Positions 27,597-36,998 of a stretch of DNA of 64,000 nucleotides are shown one piece after another (the first letter of the stretch is position 1; the number at the start of each line of letters is the position of its first letter). The notes beneath the pieces were generated by a model that saw nothing but the letters and a program-made list of their open reading frames with translations, was not told where the DNA came from and did no database searches. A program made the translations under genes and the position numbers. Source of the DNA: Bdellovibrionales bacterium (lineage in GTDB: Bacteria > Bdellovibrionota > Bdellovibrionia > Bdellovibrionales > UBA1609); assembly GCA_027317865.1 (NCBI GenBank), contig DAHVQG010000002.1, positions 64,001-128,000 of the forward strand, written 5' to 3'.

Positions 27597-28364
27597 ATGT
27601 TTGGGAAACGAAAGCTTTCAATAACAGTAAGTGCATCCGTTTTCATTTTGGCAGGGGCAGTTGCGACGGCAGTTGGCTGCAAAGCGAGCGCCACGCCGAT
27701 TAAGAATGAACTGCAATCCGACTGGAGATACATCCAATCCGTTCAAATTAAAAAAATAAGCGAAACGCAGTTACCTTACCAAACGACTTCAATGGGGTAC
27801 AATTACAGTTGTACAACTAGCCCTAACGGAATGTCGCCGGATGAAAATGCACAAGCGGCAAATCCTTTTAGTCTAGTAAACATTTCGCAAATCATAAATT
27901 TTGGCGCCAAGGTTTGGCAGTTTATTAATGACAACACACCCGTGGTATCGGCGCAGACTATGTCAGCTAATGCTCTGCCGAAGGGCACCGTTTGTTGGTA
28001 CGATCTTGAAAATTGGCAACCGCCACGCAGTGACACTTACGAAATCGATTATAAAAACCTATTTGGCATAAATGTCGTACGCCTCGCGTTTAGCCTCATT
28101 TACAGTTACGGGGGCCAATACAACGGGCGCGGCCGTTATCTAATGAATGCGACGGTTCAATATCGCGATTTGCAAGTGGCTTGGGGCGGATTTCATGTTA
28201 ACGCCAACGTTGATGTCCCAACCGTGACAAACATTGGTACCAAACAAAATCCAGTTGCCGGGCTTCAGCTTAATATTCACTGGGTCGTCAAAGGGCTTAA
28301 TCGCATCGAGCGCACCGCGAGCTTTTTCATTGCTGGTGACGGACGCCCGACCAAAGAACTATGA
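27597..28364 (+). CDS. hypothetical exported protein/lipoprotein, beta-rich
   Basis: G-rich RBS; signal/lipobox AVATAVGC; amphipathic helix, then a beta-strand-rich domain. Confidence 0.7.
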   Translation: MFGKRKLSITVSASVFILAGAVATAVGCKASATPIKNELQSDWRYIQSVQIKKISETQLPYQTTSMGYNYSCTTSPNGMSPDENAQAANPFSLVNISQIINFGAKVWQFINDNTPVVSAQTMSANALPKGTVCWYDLENWQPPRSDTYEIDYKNLFGINVVRLAFSLIYSYGGQYNGRGRYLMNATVQYRDLQVAWGGFHVNANVDVPTVTNIGTKQNPVAGLQLNIHWVVKGLNRIERTASFFIAGDGRPTKEL

Positions 28365-31300
28365 CGCTTTCTCAGTCAAAATTTTACTACAAGGTATATT
28401 CGGGCGAAGTCGAGAACTTCGCTCGCGCAATTGTCGGCGCCGATTGATGGCGTCGACGTAGTCGCTGAACGGTTTGCGATTTTCTCGAGCTAAAACCGAA
28501 TTTTGAATCGATTCAAATTGCTGCCCATCTAAGCTGCCATTGTTGCGAATAATAGCGGCAGCAGCGGCGCGAACCAAATCCCAATTCTGTTCGAGATATT
28601 GTCGCGCGAGATTTTCCCCTTCATCTATAAGCTCATTCATTTTTTGCTCGAGCAGTTTTGACTGCTCTGGTGTTAAAACAGGCTCACCGTTATCATTTAA
28701 GCGAATACCCCGCAGCCGCTTATCTAATCCCCACTTAATAAAATAATTCGTGGCGATATTTCGTGCTTGTTCCAAGTCGTTTGAAGCACCGCTGTCTTCC
28801 GCGTAACCCGCCAACGACTGTGCGACTCGACCAGCCATAAGCTGCGCGATCGTCGCTAATGCTCCTTCTCGAGTCATATTTCCCGAGCGTCCGGGCAGCA
28901 AATCGTACCTCGCGTATCCTAAATACATTAAGTCTTTGGCGCGACCACCGCGAATTGTGACGTATTCAAGAACCTTACCGGTGAGCTTGGGGTCATTGAC
29001 GACGGCGTGTCCTGCTTCATGGTAAACAACGGCCATTGCTTCGCGCGCATCCATCAGCATTCGAGTGGAGGCGTGCTCGGTTAGATCAATACGATGCGTA
29101 CTTGTATTTCCGTTTGAGTCGGCGACTTGGGCCACAATTTCAGTTTTTCGTTTTGGCGAGTTTGAAAAACGGTAGGGCTTGAGTCGTCCGTTATCTTTAA
29201 GTTCAAGTCGAACTTTTACGGAGTCAAATCCTTGCTCAGGTATTCCGTGGTCGATCAAGGCGCTGGTTAACAACGAATTTAAACGATGATCCGTTAGATC
29301 GCGAATGCTTCGCCCGCCTTTGTCTTTGCTAAAGAAACTTTCAGCCAACTGTCTGATAAACTGCTCATCGTATTCAACTTTTACCCCTGAATTGTTGGCT
29401 TCATAATGTGAGATCTGTTGGGCGAAAAGTTTTCGCGTTATCGCCTCGGCTTCAGGGCTCAATATCGGCTTCATCAAAACCGAATCAGCCATTCTATTAA
29501 TAAATGCTTGCGGCACACCCGCGCGAAGCAACAATTCTCGTACTCGTTCGCGCGCCTTGTAAGTCTCCCAAACTTTCATGAGCATATCATCAGAGGTAAT
29601 CCCCTGAAACAACTCCTCACCGTCGTTACCCGTGAAGACAAATACATATTTGCTGAGGTCGTACACTTTTCCGTTAACCGGAGACACCCACGTTTTTTCA
29701 TCAACAATGTTATAGAGCTTTTTAAATAACTCGGCTTTGCGAGCCCGGTCTCCGCCACCCATGTTTGATGCTTCGTCAAAAATAATTACGCCGCCATTTG
29801 GATGAGCGATTAGCGCCTCTTCAAATAAGCGCGGCTGATCCGAGCCAATATAACCCGGCTGAACGCCGAGCACTTTGTTGAAATCGGCCTCGTTCTGAAC
29901 CTCACCGAGAGGAATGATAGTGGCTTGATCAATGGAACCGAAACCAGCCTCCGCAATCGCCCTGCCCATTTCAGTTTTGCCGTTGCCCGAAGTTCCAATA
30001 AAAAAGAACGAGGTCGCCCGATCGTTTTCATTTTGCCCGAGTTTTGCAATCAGTGCTTCAGATGCGCTTTTGCCGGCTTCAGTTTGCCCGATCACGCGTC
30101 TGCCAATTACTTCTGGAATGCTTTTTAACTTCGCGACGACTTGCGGGTCATATAGAGGATTTTGGCTCGAGTTTTGCGGACCCAAAAGTTTCACGTCTAC
30201 GTCATGACCTTTAGCGCGTAAATATGTTTTATTCTTATCGCCCTTAAATATTGAAACGACGATTTCTTCGGATTTCTGAGGCTCTTCACCACCGACTTTG
30301 GTGAACAAATTCGTCAAGTGCGTTTTAACTGCGCGTCGTATCTGACGGCCATCATCGTTGGCGGTAAAGTTGGTCAACGCGAGATATTTAACTACTTGAG
30401 GTTCAATTTCAACTTGCAGACCGATTTCTCTCATTTGCCCGACAAAAACATCGGCCTCGTCTTGCGCAATTTTCACCGCAGCTTCGTCTGATAGGGGTTG
30501 CGACAGTAGCCATCCGTCGATTCTGTTTATCACTTCGCGCGGCAACATTTTTCTATCACTTGCTCCTTGCGAAGTTTCATACAGTTCTCGAAGTTCGGCC
30601 GTCGTAACGGTTTCAACTCGTTTTTTAAGCTGCTCGTTCGTCCAATTCTTTATCTCCCGCGGGAATATCTTTTTCGTTCCACGGTTGGAGGTGAGAATAA
30701 TATATAGAAAATTTGCCTTATACTTTGTGCCATCGCCCGCCGTGATTTCGCCACGATCAAGAAGTTCCATGAGGCGCATCCAAATTTCCGGATGCATTTT
30801 GTCCGCCTCATTGATCACAAGTACGCCGTTACCGCCGGTGGCTTTCAGCCATTCGGTTATGGCACCTTTTTGCTGGCCAGCTTGACCCGGCGGCGCACCG
30901 ACAAGTTTATGAAACTCAAAGGAATTCGACATCTGTTGTTGATATTCGGTTCCATCAATCTTGAGCACGTACTTATCAGATCCAAAAATGTCTTTAGCGA
31001 ATTCTTCAGCCGCGTAGGACTTGCCGGTTCCTGACGGGCCCATCATTAGCGCAGTAAAAACTCGCTTAGAAGGGTTCATAAGCGACATTTTGTAAAGATC
31101 CGTGAGCCCATCAATCAGCCGATCTTGTCCGTATATCCTATCGTGAAGTTCGGTTGACAGATTTTTGGCTCGATCTTCGACTTCAGTTAGCCGACCCATA
31201 CCCAAGTTTTTGGGGAGCCATTTAAAATCCGACTGTTGAGGAGCCAGCCAGAATCTTGGAATATCATCGATCGATCGCGCTTTCGAGACAAAAGGCCGAA

Positions 31301-31814
31301 ACCGTTCGTCGATTTGTGTCGCTTCTCCGTTATCATTTAAAAGTTGCTCATAGGTGGCGGTTTGGCCGTCTTCTTTCAAGACCGAAAACAGAAAATATTC
31401 TTTGCTATTAGAAAGCGTCACCCAGCGGCCCGACCATTCCTTAATTTGCGTACCGTCTATACCCAGTTTTTGTAAAATCCCCGCCGAATTGTAGACCCAT
31501 ACCGATTTGCCGCGAATGATGAGGACGTCATTAGGGTTTAATTGCGGCGCCACCTGATCGCGAGCCGCATAGTACGCGCTTTCATTTACCGCCAAAAGCT
31601 TCGGGCGAGCTTTCCACGGAGCGAATTGCTTTACCATTTTCGGATTCTGTCCGTTGCTTTTAACGTAAAGCGCGGAATTTAAATACAAGCGGCCGTGGCC
31701 CAGAAAAACCTGTTTTGTACCATAGTCGATGTAAACTTTTTCTGTTTCAGCCCGCACCTGGTTGCAGCACATGATCGTTACCACAGCTAAGAGTACGGCC
31801 TTCCCCCACTTCAT
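28359..31814 (-). CDS. signal peptide + two ClpA/B D2-type AAA+ modules + FtsH-type M41 zinc protease
   Basis: Start ATG 31814 after a GGGGGG RBS (track start 31850); MKWGKAVLLAVVTIMCCNQVRA; Walker A GPSGTGKS and GTSGNGKT; LVGAPPG and LGVQPGYIG pore loops; YHEAGHAVV; MAGRVAQ; SGASNDL. Confidence 0.88.
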   Translation of the reverse strand: MKWGKAVLLAVVTIMCCNQVRAETEKVYIDYGTKQVFLGHGRLYLNSALYVKSNGQNPKMVKQFAPWKARPKLLAVNESAYYAARDQVAPQLNPNDVLIIRGKSVWVYNSAGILQKLGIDGTQIKEWSGRWVTLSNSKEYFLFSVLKEDGQTATYEQLLNDNGEATQIDERFRPFVSKARSIDDIPRFWLAPQQSDFKWLPKNLGMGRLTEVEDRAKNLSTELHDRIYGQDRLIDGLTDLYKMSLMNPSKRVFTALMMGPSGTGKSYAAEEFAKDIFGSDKYVLKIDGTEYQQQMSNSFEFHKLVGAPPGQAGQQKGAITEWLKATGGNGVLVINEADKMHPEIWMRLMELLDRGEITAGDGTKYKANFLYIILTSNRGTKKIFPREIKNWTNEQLKKRVETVTTAELRELYETSQGASDRKMLPREVINRIDGWLLSQPLSDEAAVKIAQDEADVFVGQMREIGLQVEIEPQVVKYLALTNFTANDDGRQIRRAVKTHLTNLFTKVGGEEPQKSEEIVVSIFKGDKNKTYLRAKGHDVDVKLLGPQNSSQNPLYDPQVVAKLKSIPEVIGRRVIGQTEAGKSASEALIAKLGQNENDRATSFFFIGTSGNGKTEMGRAIAEAGFGSIDQATIIPLGEVQNEADFNKVLGVQPGYIGSDQPRLFEEALIAHPNGGVIIFDEASNMGGGDRARKAELFKKLYNIVDEKTWVSPVNGKVYDLSKYVFVFTGNDGEELFQGITSDDMLMKVWETYKARERVRELLLRAGVPQAFINRMADSVLMKPILSPEAEAITRKLFAQQISHYEANNSGVKVEYDEQFIRQLAESFFSKDKGGRSIRDLTDHRLNSLLTSALIDHGIPEQGFDSVKVRLELKDNGRLKPYRFSNSPKRKTEIVAQVADSNGNTSTHRIDLTEHASTRMLMDAREAMAVVYHEAGHAVVNDPKLTGKVLEYVTIRGGRAKDLMYLGYARYDLLPGRSGNMTREGALATIAQLMAGRVAQSLAGYAEDSGASNDLEQARNIATNYFIKWGLDKRLRGIRLNDNGEPVLTPEQSKLLEQKMNELIDEGENLARQYLEQNWDLVRAAAAAIIRNNGSLDGQQFESIQNSVLARENRKPFSDYVDAINRRRQLRERSSRLRPNIPCSKILTEKAS

Positions 31815-31984
31815 GAAATCCCCCCGGATTAGTCTTTCGCGCCTGAACACGATCCCAAAAATGCTTTATGGCTCTACCACAGCTTTTTCATAAAGTGATT
31901 TGCAACAGTAGAAAATGAAACCTTTACACAATTGCGCTTTTAAATCTGCTTGAGTGAATGGCGCATGTGCGTTAACAAATCAGA

Positions 31985-32977
31985 ATGATTCTCGACGGAA
32001 AACTTTCGCGTTCCTTTGAAATTGCCCTCAGTGAACTTGAATCTGGCGGAGTGGTGGCCATACCAACTGAAACTGTCTACGGGTTGGCGGCCGACATTCG
32101 CTCTTCTATAGGTATAAATAAAATTTTTGCGTTGAAAAACCGCCCGGCATTCGACCCCCTTATCGTACACGTCGCCGATTTTGCGAGTGTCCCATTGGTG
32201 GCCCGTGAGTTCCGGCCATTGGCGCAAAAGTTGGCCGATGCTTTTTGGCCTGGTCCACTAACAATGGTTCTACCGCGCCGCAACGATCTCAACCCCATGA
32301 TTACCTCGGGCCTTGATACGGTTGCTATACGAATGCCGGCTAAAGAAATTACGCGAGAATTGATTCGTAAACTTGGGGCCCCGGTAGCGGCCCCGAGTGC
32401 AAATCGTTTCGGTCGAACAAGCCCGACATCCGCAATTCACGTTGAAAACGAATTTTGCGATCATGCAAGCATACTGGTCGTACTCGATGATGGCCCATGT
32501 CCAGTGGGAATCGAGTCAACGGTGATCACGTTTGAGAGTAACGACAGCAAGCAACCAGCCGGGCGAACAGTCGAAAAAATATTGATTTTGCGCCCAGGCG
32601 CAGTCACTGCGGAGCAGCTCGCACGCTTTGCCCAGGTTGAACGAGTACAAAATAGCGTACGGTCTCCGGGGCACCTACGGCATCACTACATGCCCACCAT
32701 TCCGCTGGTGATTTTACCAAATGCGTGCTCACCCAGCCGTAGCCAATACGAACTGATCCGCATGAAATTGAAAAAAAATGTGCTCCACCCGGGCTGGATG
32801 TCACTGCCCGATGATCCCGTAATGGCCGCGCGATTGTTGTATGCCAATATGCGCACGGCCGCGAATCAGCCCGACGTAAATTGTTTATTTTTGCCTTTTC
32901 CGCTTCAAGAGCGGCGCTCAGATCTTTGGATGGGAATTTCAGACCGAATCGAAAAAGCCGCAACCATAATTATATAG
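31985..32977 (+). CDS. sua5: L-threonylcarbamoyladenylate synthase, Sua5 type
   Basis: PTETVYGL, KNRPAFDPLIVH, FWPGPLT, AAPSANRFG, GIESTV, SPGHLRHHY plus a C-terminal SUA5 domain. Confidence 0.93.
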   Translation: MILDGKLSRSFEIALSELESGGVVAIPTETVYGLAADIRSSIGINKIFALKNRPAFDPLIVHVADFASVPLVAREFRPLAQKLADAFWPGPLTMVLPRRNDLNPMITSGLDTVAIRMPAKEITRELIRKLGAPVAAPSANRFGRTSPTSAIHVENEFCDHASILVVLDDGPCPVGIESTVITFESNDSKQPAGRTVEKILILRPGAVTAEQLARFAQVERVQNSVRSPGHLRHHYMPTIPLVILPNACSPSRSQYELIRMKLKKNVLHPGWMSLPDDPVMAARLLYANMRTAANQPDVNCLFLPFPLQERRSDLWMGISDRIEKAATIII

Positions 32978-32983
32978 CTTCGG

Positions 32984-35368
32984 CTATAGCGTAGGATTCA
33001 TCATATTTTTGTTTTCACCGTGCTGTATTGATCCTTCAAAACGTGTTTTTCGGCACGTGATGGAGTTATACGTACAGTTAAGGCGCATATCTGGATATTG
33101 ATTGTGGTACATGCGCTCGGCATCGAAAATTGATTCGATGAATTTTCGGTTAATATTAGTGGTAATTGGATTTCCGTTGATGTCGTGCGGCCAATAATAT
33201 GAAATGGGCGGCACATGGTGCGGCAAATAGAAATCCAATTCAATACTTAGAGACTTCGCAAGATCGGACTGTGGGATAATTGAAGAAATAAATGCCGGGC
33301 CAATTTCTTTAAACAAATCGTCCAGCAACAGGTTTTCAAATGCCGCTTTTCGCTCGTTTGCCGGCAAACTGAGATTTATAACTTCAGTTAGATATTTAGT
33401 AATAAAAAGTAGGTCTCGACAGTAGCGAATCACCCGGACATTTTGTCCGTTTACTCTTGAAAATCCCAAATCAGCAACGCATTGATGTTCGTCTTGCGGT
33501 CGAAGATACATCGGCGTCGATTTTAGCCCCTGTGCCCAACGGACCGTCGTTGCCAGATGACCCATAATAGAATCCCGTAACTGTCGAGGAGTATATCCGT
33601 AATAATGATTTTCTACCGCTTCAAGCCCATAACGATTTAAAAAGTAGCGCCCAGACACGCGCATGGTCGGCAACATTCTTCGCAAATGCAGCAAATTATG
33701 CTTCGCTAAAAATGTCGTGCGCATATCATAAAAAATGCTCGGCGGTAAAATATTATGAAAATATTGAATGACGGCGCGATTGGCTCGATTGGTGTAGTGC
33801 GTCCGCTTAAGCTCATAATAAAGACCCAATGTTTTAAACTCGAGCGGGTCAAAATTTTTATCGGCGTTAAACATCATCACTTCGTCTTGTAACAAATCGA
33901 AATGATAGAAATTAAAGAATGCAGCAGTTTGGTGGCGTGAATAACATTGTTGAAAGATATAGTATTTGTGCTTTAGTTGACCGGCTTTGGTGTCGTAATC
34001 GGTTATCATCCTGTGTTCGCGACAACTTTCTTGCTGCGAAATTTTAAACACCCCGCCTAAGCCGATATGCCACTGAATGGGCGTACTTAAATCCGCGGGG
34101 CTGAACGAATAGTCCGAACCGATAAAATTACGGTCAACGCGTCGATCATTAAACGGCTTTGACACATCTTCGCTGTATAGTTTTTCAATCTTAGTAAGAT
34201 TGTTAATTAGTATTTTTTGAACTCGTTTTTGATTGCTCGTCGGGTCGACTATCTTCCATACTAAATCATTCAATTTGCCGTTTCGAAAAATAAGTGCCTT
34301 GCTGAAGAGATCATCGTAAGCCTTGCGCACTTTGGGATATTTCAAGTTAAGAGTATAATCGGCTAAAAATGCGCCTCTCACTTTTTTGGCATCAATCTGC
34401 AAACCGCCGACATCGTTCAATTTCAATATCGAAAAGCCTACATTTTCAAGCATATGAAAGGGGGTGTATTGGCTAAACCAAGCATCGCCAAAACCGACCT
34501 TATATATTTCTTGCCAATCTTTGGTGCGATCCGCGACAAGGCGAATTCTCGCCATATCGTTTCGCCCCCGAAAAACGTAGACGTCGTATTCGCCCGACCA
34601 CAACTTGCCGACACTCGAATTAAGAAACGCCACGTTGCCGATCGGCAAATAGTAAGAACCTCCAAAGAACAAATTTAACGGCACCTTAAATCGAACTGTT
34701 GTACCGGGCTTAAGCCGATGAAGGAGCACATGGGCATTAACCGGCAAATCGTTGGCGACAAAGTCGACAAGCGGAATTTTGCGGGTATGGGTGGCGTCAT
34801 GGTAGGTCTTAAATAGGCGCCAAAAATCGATTTCTTGATTCGATTGAATCGTTATATCAAGTGGATAATTGTTGCGTAAGACCCAATGTAACGGGCTGAG
34901 CGTTTCGCTCGGAATAAATCCGTCCTCTCTCAAAGTATACCCGTCGATATATGCCGGCGATAATTCAATGCGATCGCGAACTCCGAGCCCAAACGCATCC
35001 AAAACCGTCTTATTTTCGTTTAGCTCATCAACTGAAATATTGGAGTTTTCGACGCTCTTCTCCCCCCACTTATAAAATCGATGTAGCGCTCCGCCCGCTT
35101 GGCGAAATTTTTTCTTTGCTTTCTCATCAAGCTTTTTTAAGTCCGAATTACTGAGATTAATCTCCTTTAACTTCGGCATTTTGCTTACGTTGACAATAAA
35201 CCCTTCAACCCCGGATAGATTGGGGGGCGGAAGCTTATTAGGCTCTTGAAAAAAATGTTGAGCTGATAGCGATTGATCCGTCTGGGCGCGAGCGTAGCTG
35301 ATCGGTTGAACTGTAAAAAATCCAACAATCAATAAAATTATTAAAAGTCGATTGCCATTCAAATGCAC
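32984..35368 (-). CDS. large secreted hypothetical protein
   Basis: 794-aa ORF; GTG after a GGGAG RBS; signal peptide ending ARA; no motif recognised. Confidence 0.7.
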   Translation of the reverse strand: MHLNGNRLLIILLIVGFFTVQPISYARAQTDQSLSAQHFFQEPNKLPPPNLSGVEGFIVNVSKMPKLKEINLSNSDLKKLDEKAKKKFRQAGGALHRFYKWGEKSVENSNISVDELNENKTVLDAFGLGVRDRIELSPAYIDGYTLREDGFIPSETLSPLHWVLRNNYPLDITIQSNQEIDFWRLFKTYHDATHTRKIPLVDFVANDLPVNAHVLLHRLKPGTTVRFKVPLNLFFGGSYYLPIGNVAFLNSSVGKLWSGEYDVYVFRGRNDMARIRLVADRTKDWQEIYKVGFGDAWFSQYTPFHMLENVGFSILKLNDVGGLQIDAKKVRGAFLADYTLNLKYPKVRKAYDDLFSKALIFRNGKLNDLVWKIVDPTSNQKRVQKILINNLTKIEKLYSEDVSKPFNDRRVDRNFIGSDYSFSPADLSTPIQWHIGLGGVFKISQQESCREHRMITDYDTKAGQLKHKYYIFQQCYSRHQTAAFFNFYHFDLLQDEVMMFNADKNFDPLEFKTLGLYYELKRTHYTNRANRAVIQYFHNILPPSIFYDMRTTFLAKHNLLHLRRMLPTMRVSGRYFLNRYGLEAVENHYYGYTPRQLRDSIMGHLATTVRWAQGLKSTPMYLRPQDEHQCVADLGFSRVNGQNVRVIRYCRDLLFITKYLTEVINLSLPANERKAAFENLLLDDLFKEIGPAFISSIIPQSDLAKSLSIELDFYLPHHVPPISYYWPHDINGNPITTNINRKFIESIFDAERMYHNQYPDMRLNCTYNSITCRKTRFEGSIQHGENKNMMNPTL

Positions 35369-35570
35369 AGAACTCCCTGACCCTTAATAGATAACCGCAG
35401 CCGGGTTTATGCGATCGTGAGCATGCAAAGTAATGCATGCAATTGCGAAGCCCATTGATTGTTGAACTATTGGAGCTGGTGCATGTACACTGTTGAACTT
35501 TTAAACGCAAGCGACAATTAGCGGCAAGAAGCGCTAGACAAGATCCACCAAACACGACTAAATTCCAGGC

Positions 35571-36182
35571 ATGAAAAATTTTATCAATTTTTACCCAAGT
35601 CGCCGTCGTTTGCCATTTGCCCTTTTCGCACTAACATTCATGCTCGTTTCAGCGCGAAATGTTGCGGCCCTAACCAGCAGCGCAAGCGCCGCCGCGTCCG
35701 CCAATGCAACCGAAATGTCGCTCCCGCGCCGTGAAGTATCCAATCCGTCACGACTGTCGATCGGTGCGATCATTCAAGCACACTCAGTTTCAAATACGTC
35801 GTCACCGTGGTTTGGCATTTCAGCGAGTTATAAAATTTTCCACCGGGTATCTCTCGGTCTTCGGGGTTTTGTTCCTATGTCTCAACCGGTCGACAAAAGT
35901 ACCTACGCCGCTCAGGCCTTTTCGCGAATTAGCTGCGTAGAAGTTCGGCAAAATGACTTTTATGTCGAACCGGATTACGCCCTGAATTTCTATGATTTCG
36001 TACCGTTTCAGTCGATTGGCGGGGCAGTCGGGGTGCTTGATCGAGTCAGCCCAGGGCTCAGTATCGGAGCTGCCGGTGGAGTCGAACTTTCAAAAACGAT
36101 TCTCGACAGCATTGGCCTTGAGCGTGTTTCTAATTATAGAGTTTATCCAAAAGTTGCATTACTCACGAACTTTTATTTTTAA
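35571..36182 (+). CDS. outer-membrane beta-barrel-like protein
   Basis: Signal peptide, Ala/Ser linker, alternating strands, C-terminal LLTNFYF. Confidence 0.65.
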   Translation: MKNFINFYPSRRRLPFALFALTFMLVSARNVAALTSSASAAASANATEMSLPRREVSNPSRLSIGAIIQAHSVSNTSSPWFGISASYKIFHRVSLGLRGFVPMSQPVDKSTYAAQAFSRISCVEVRQNDFYVEPDYALNFYDFVPFQSIGGAVGVLDRVSPGLSIGAAGGVELSKTILDSIGLERVSNYRVYPKVALLTNFYF

Positions 36183-36191
36183 TCAAAGACG

Positions 36192-36950
36192 ATGATACAA
36201 ATGAAAAATACTCACCGACGAAATTTACAACTTCCAATTTTAATTGCGACTGGTTTAATCCTCTCGGGCTGTGCGATTCGCAAGGATTTAAACTCGCGCG
36301 CACCGGTACCCGTAATTGGGCAAAGCAATTCGCAAGCTAAACCCGGCGATTGCAACTACCAAGCGGTACCCGGCTGCAAAGTTTATTGCGCGCAAAACGC
36401 AAAGGGGCAATACCCGGTCACCAATATACTTGGGGATACGGGTACGAATTCCGATGGATCTTCGTGGGCTGAAGGCGGCGGTTGCATTCTTCGTCCGATT
36501 CGTGAAGTCTGGGCGGCATTAAATAGTTACGCTGCGATGAAAGTTATTGCTGCAAAAAGCTACAGCGTCGATCATCCGCGCCTTTCGCTCGGGCCGACCA
36601 TTACCAATTTTTATGAAATTACCAACCATTATTCGGAACTCGGCGGCTTAATAAACTTCCACGAAACAATGCGCTGGTTTCACGGTCTATTTAGCGGCAC
36701 TTTCGAAAACCCGAATGCGGTCGAAATTGTTTTTGAACGCACAAATGGCGGAGCGCAGGTTTCGATCTGGAACGGCTATATTACACTTGCAAAAATAAAT
36801 GATTCGACGACTTCTTTATTCATTCACACGAACATGAGAACGCTCGAGTCTGAAGACGATATTTTGCACGCCGAAGCCTATGGAGTCGAAATGTTGTCAA
36901 AAGCAAGGACGCTGCCGCCCGATTGGGATAATCTAAATAATCACAAGTAA
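36192..36950 (+). CDS. lipoprotein with possible SRPBCC/START-like fold
   Basis: Lipobox ILSGC; ILRPIREVWAAL resembles the SRPBCC N-terminal motif; WNGYITL...TTSL followed by a C-terminal helix. Confidence 0.6.
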   Translation: MIQMKNTHRRNLQLPILIATGLILSGCAIRKDLNSRAPVPVIGQSNSQAKPGDCNYQAVPGCKVYCAQNAKGQYPVTNILGDTGTNSDGSSWAEGGGCILRPIREVWAALNSYAAMKVIAAKSYSVDHPRLSLGPTITNFYEITNHYSELGGLINFHETMRWFHGLFSGTFENPNAVEIVFERTNGGAQVSIWNGYITLAKINDSTTSLFIHTNMRTLESEDDILHAEAYGVEMLSKARTLPPDWDNLNNHK

Positions 36951-36989
36951 AATTTTTGTCGTCGAACGCGTGCAAGCGGCGCAAAAATT
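36951..36989. terminator. imperfect hairpin between convergent genes, possible bidirectional terminator
   Basis: AATTTTTG-tCGTCG...CGGCG-CAAAAATT. Confidence 0.4.
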
Positions 36990-36998
36990 CGCGGCCGG

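Noticed and set aside
28359-31850. Calling the gene clpB, clpV or ftsH
   Set aside because: No Clp N-domain, D1 module or middle coiled coil; no T6SS genes nearby; no FtsH TMs or FtsH-type AAA domain
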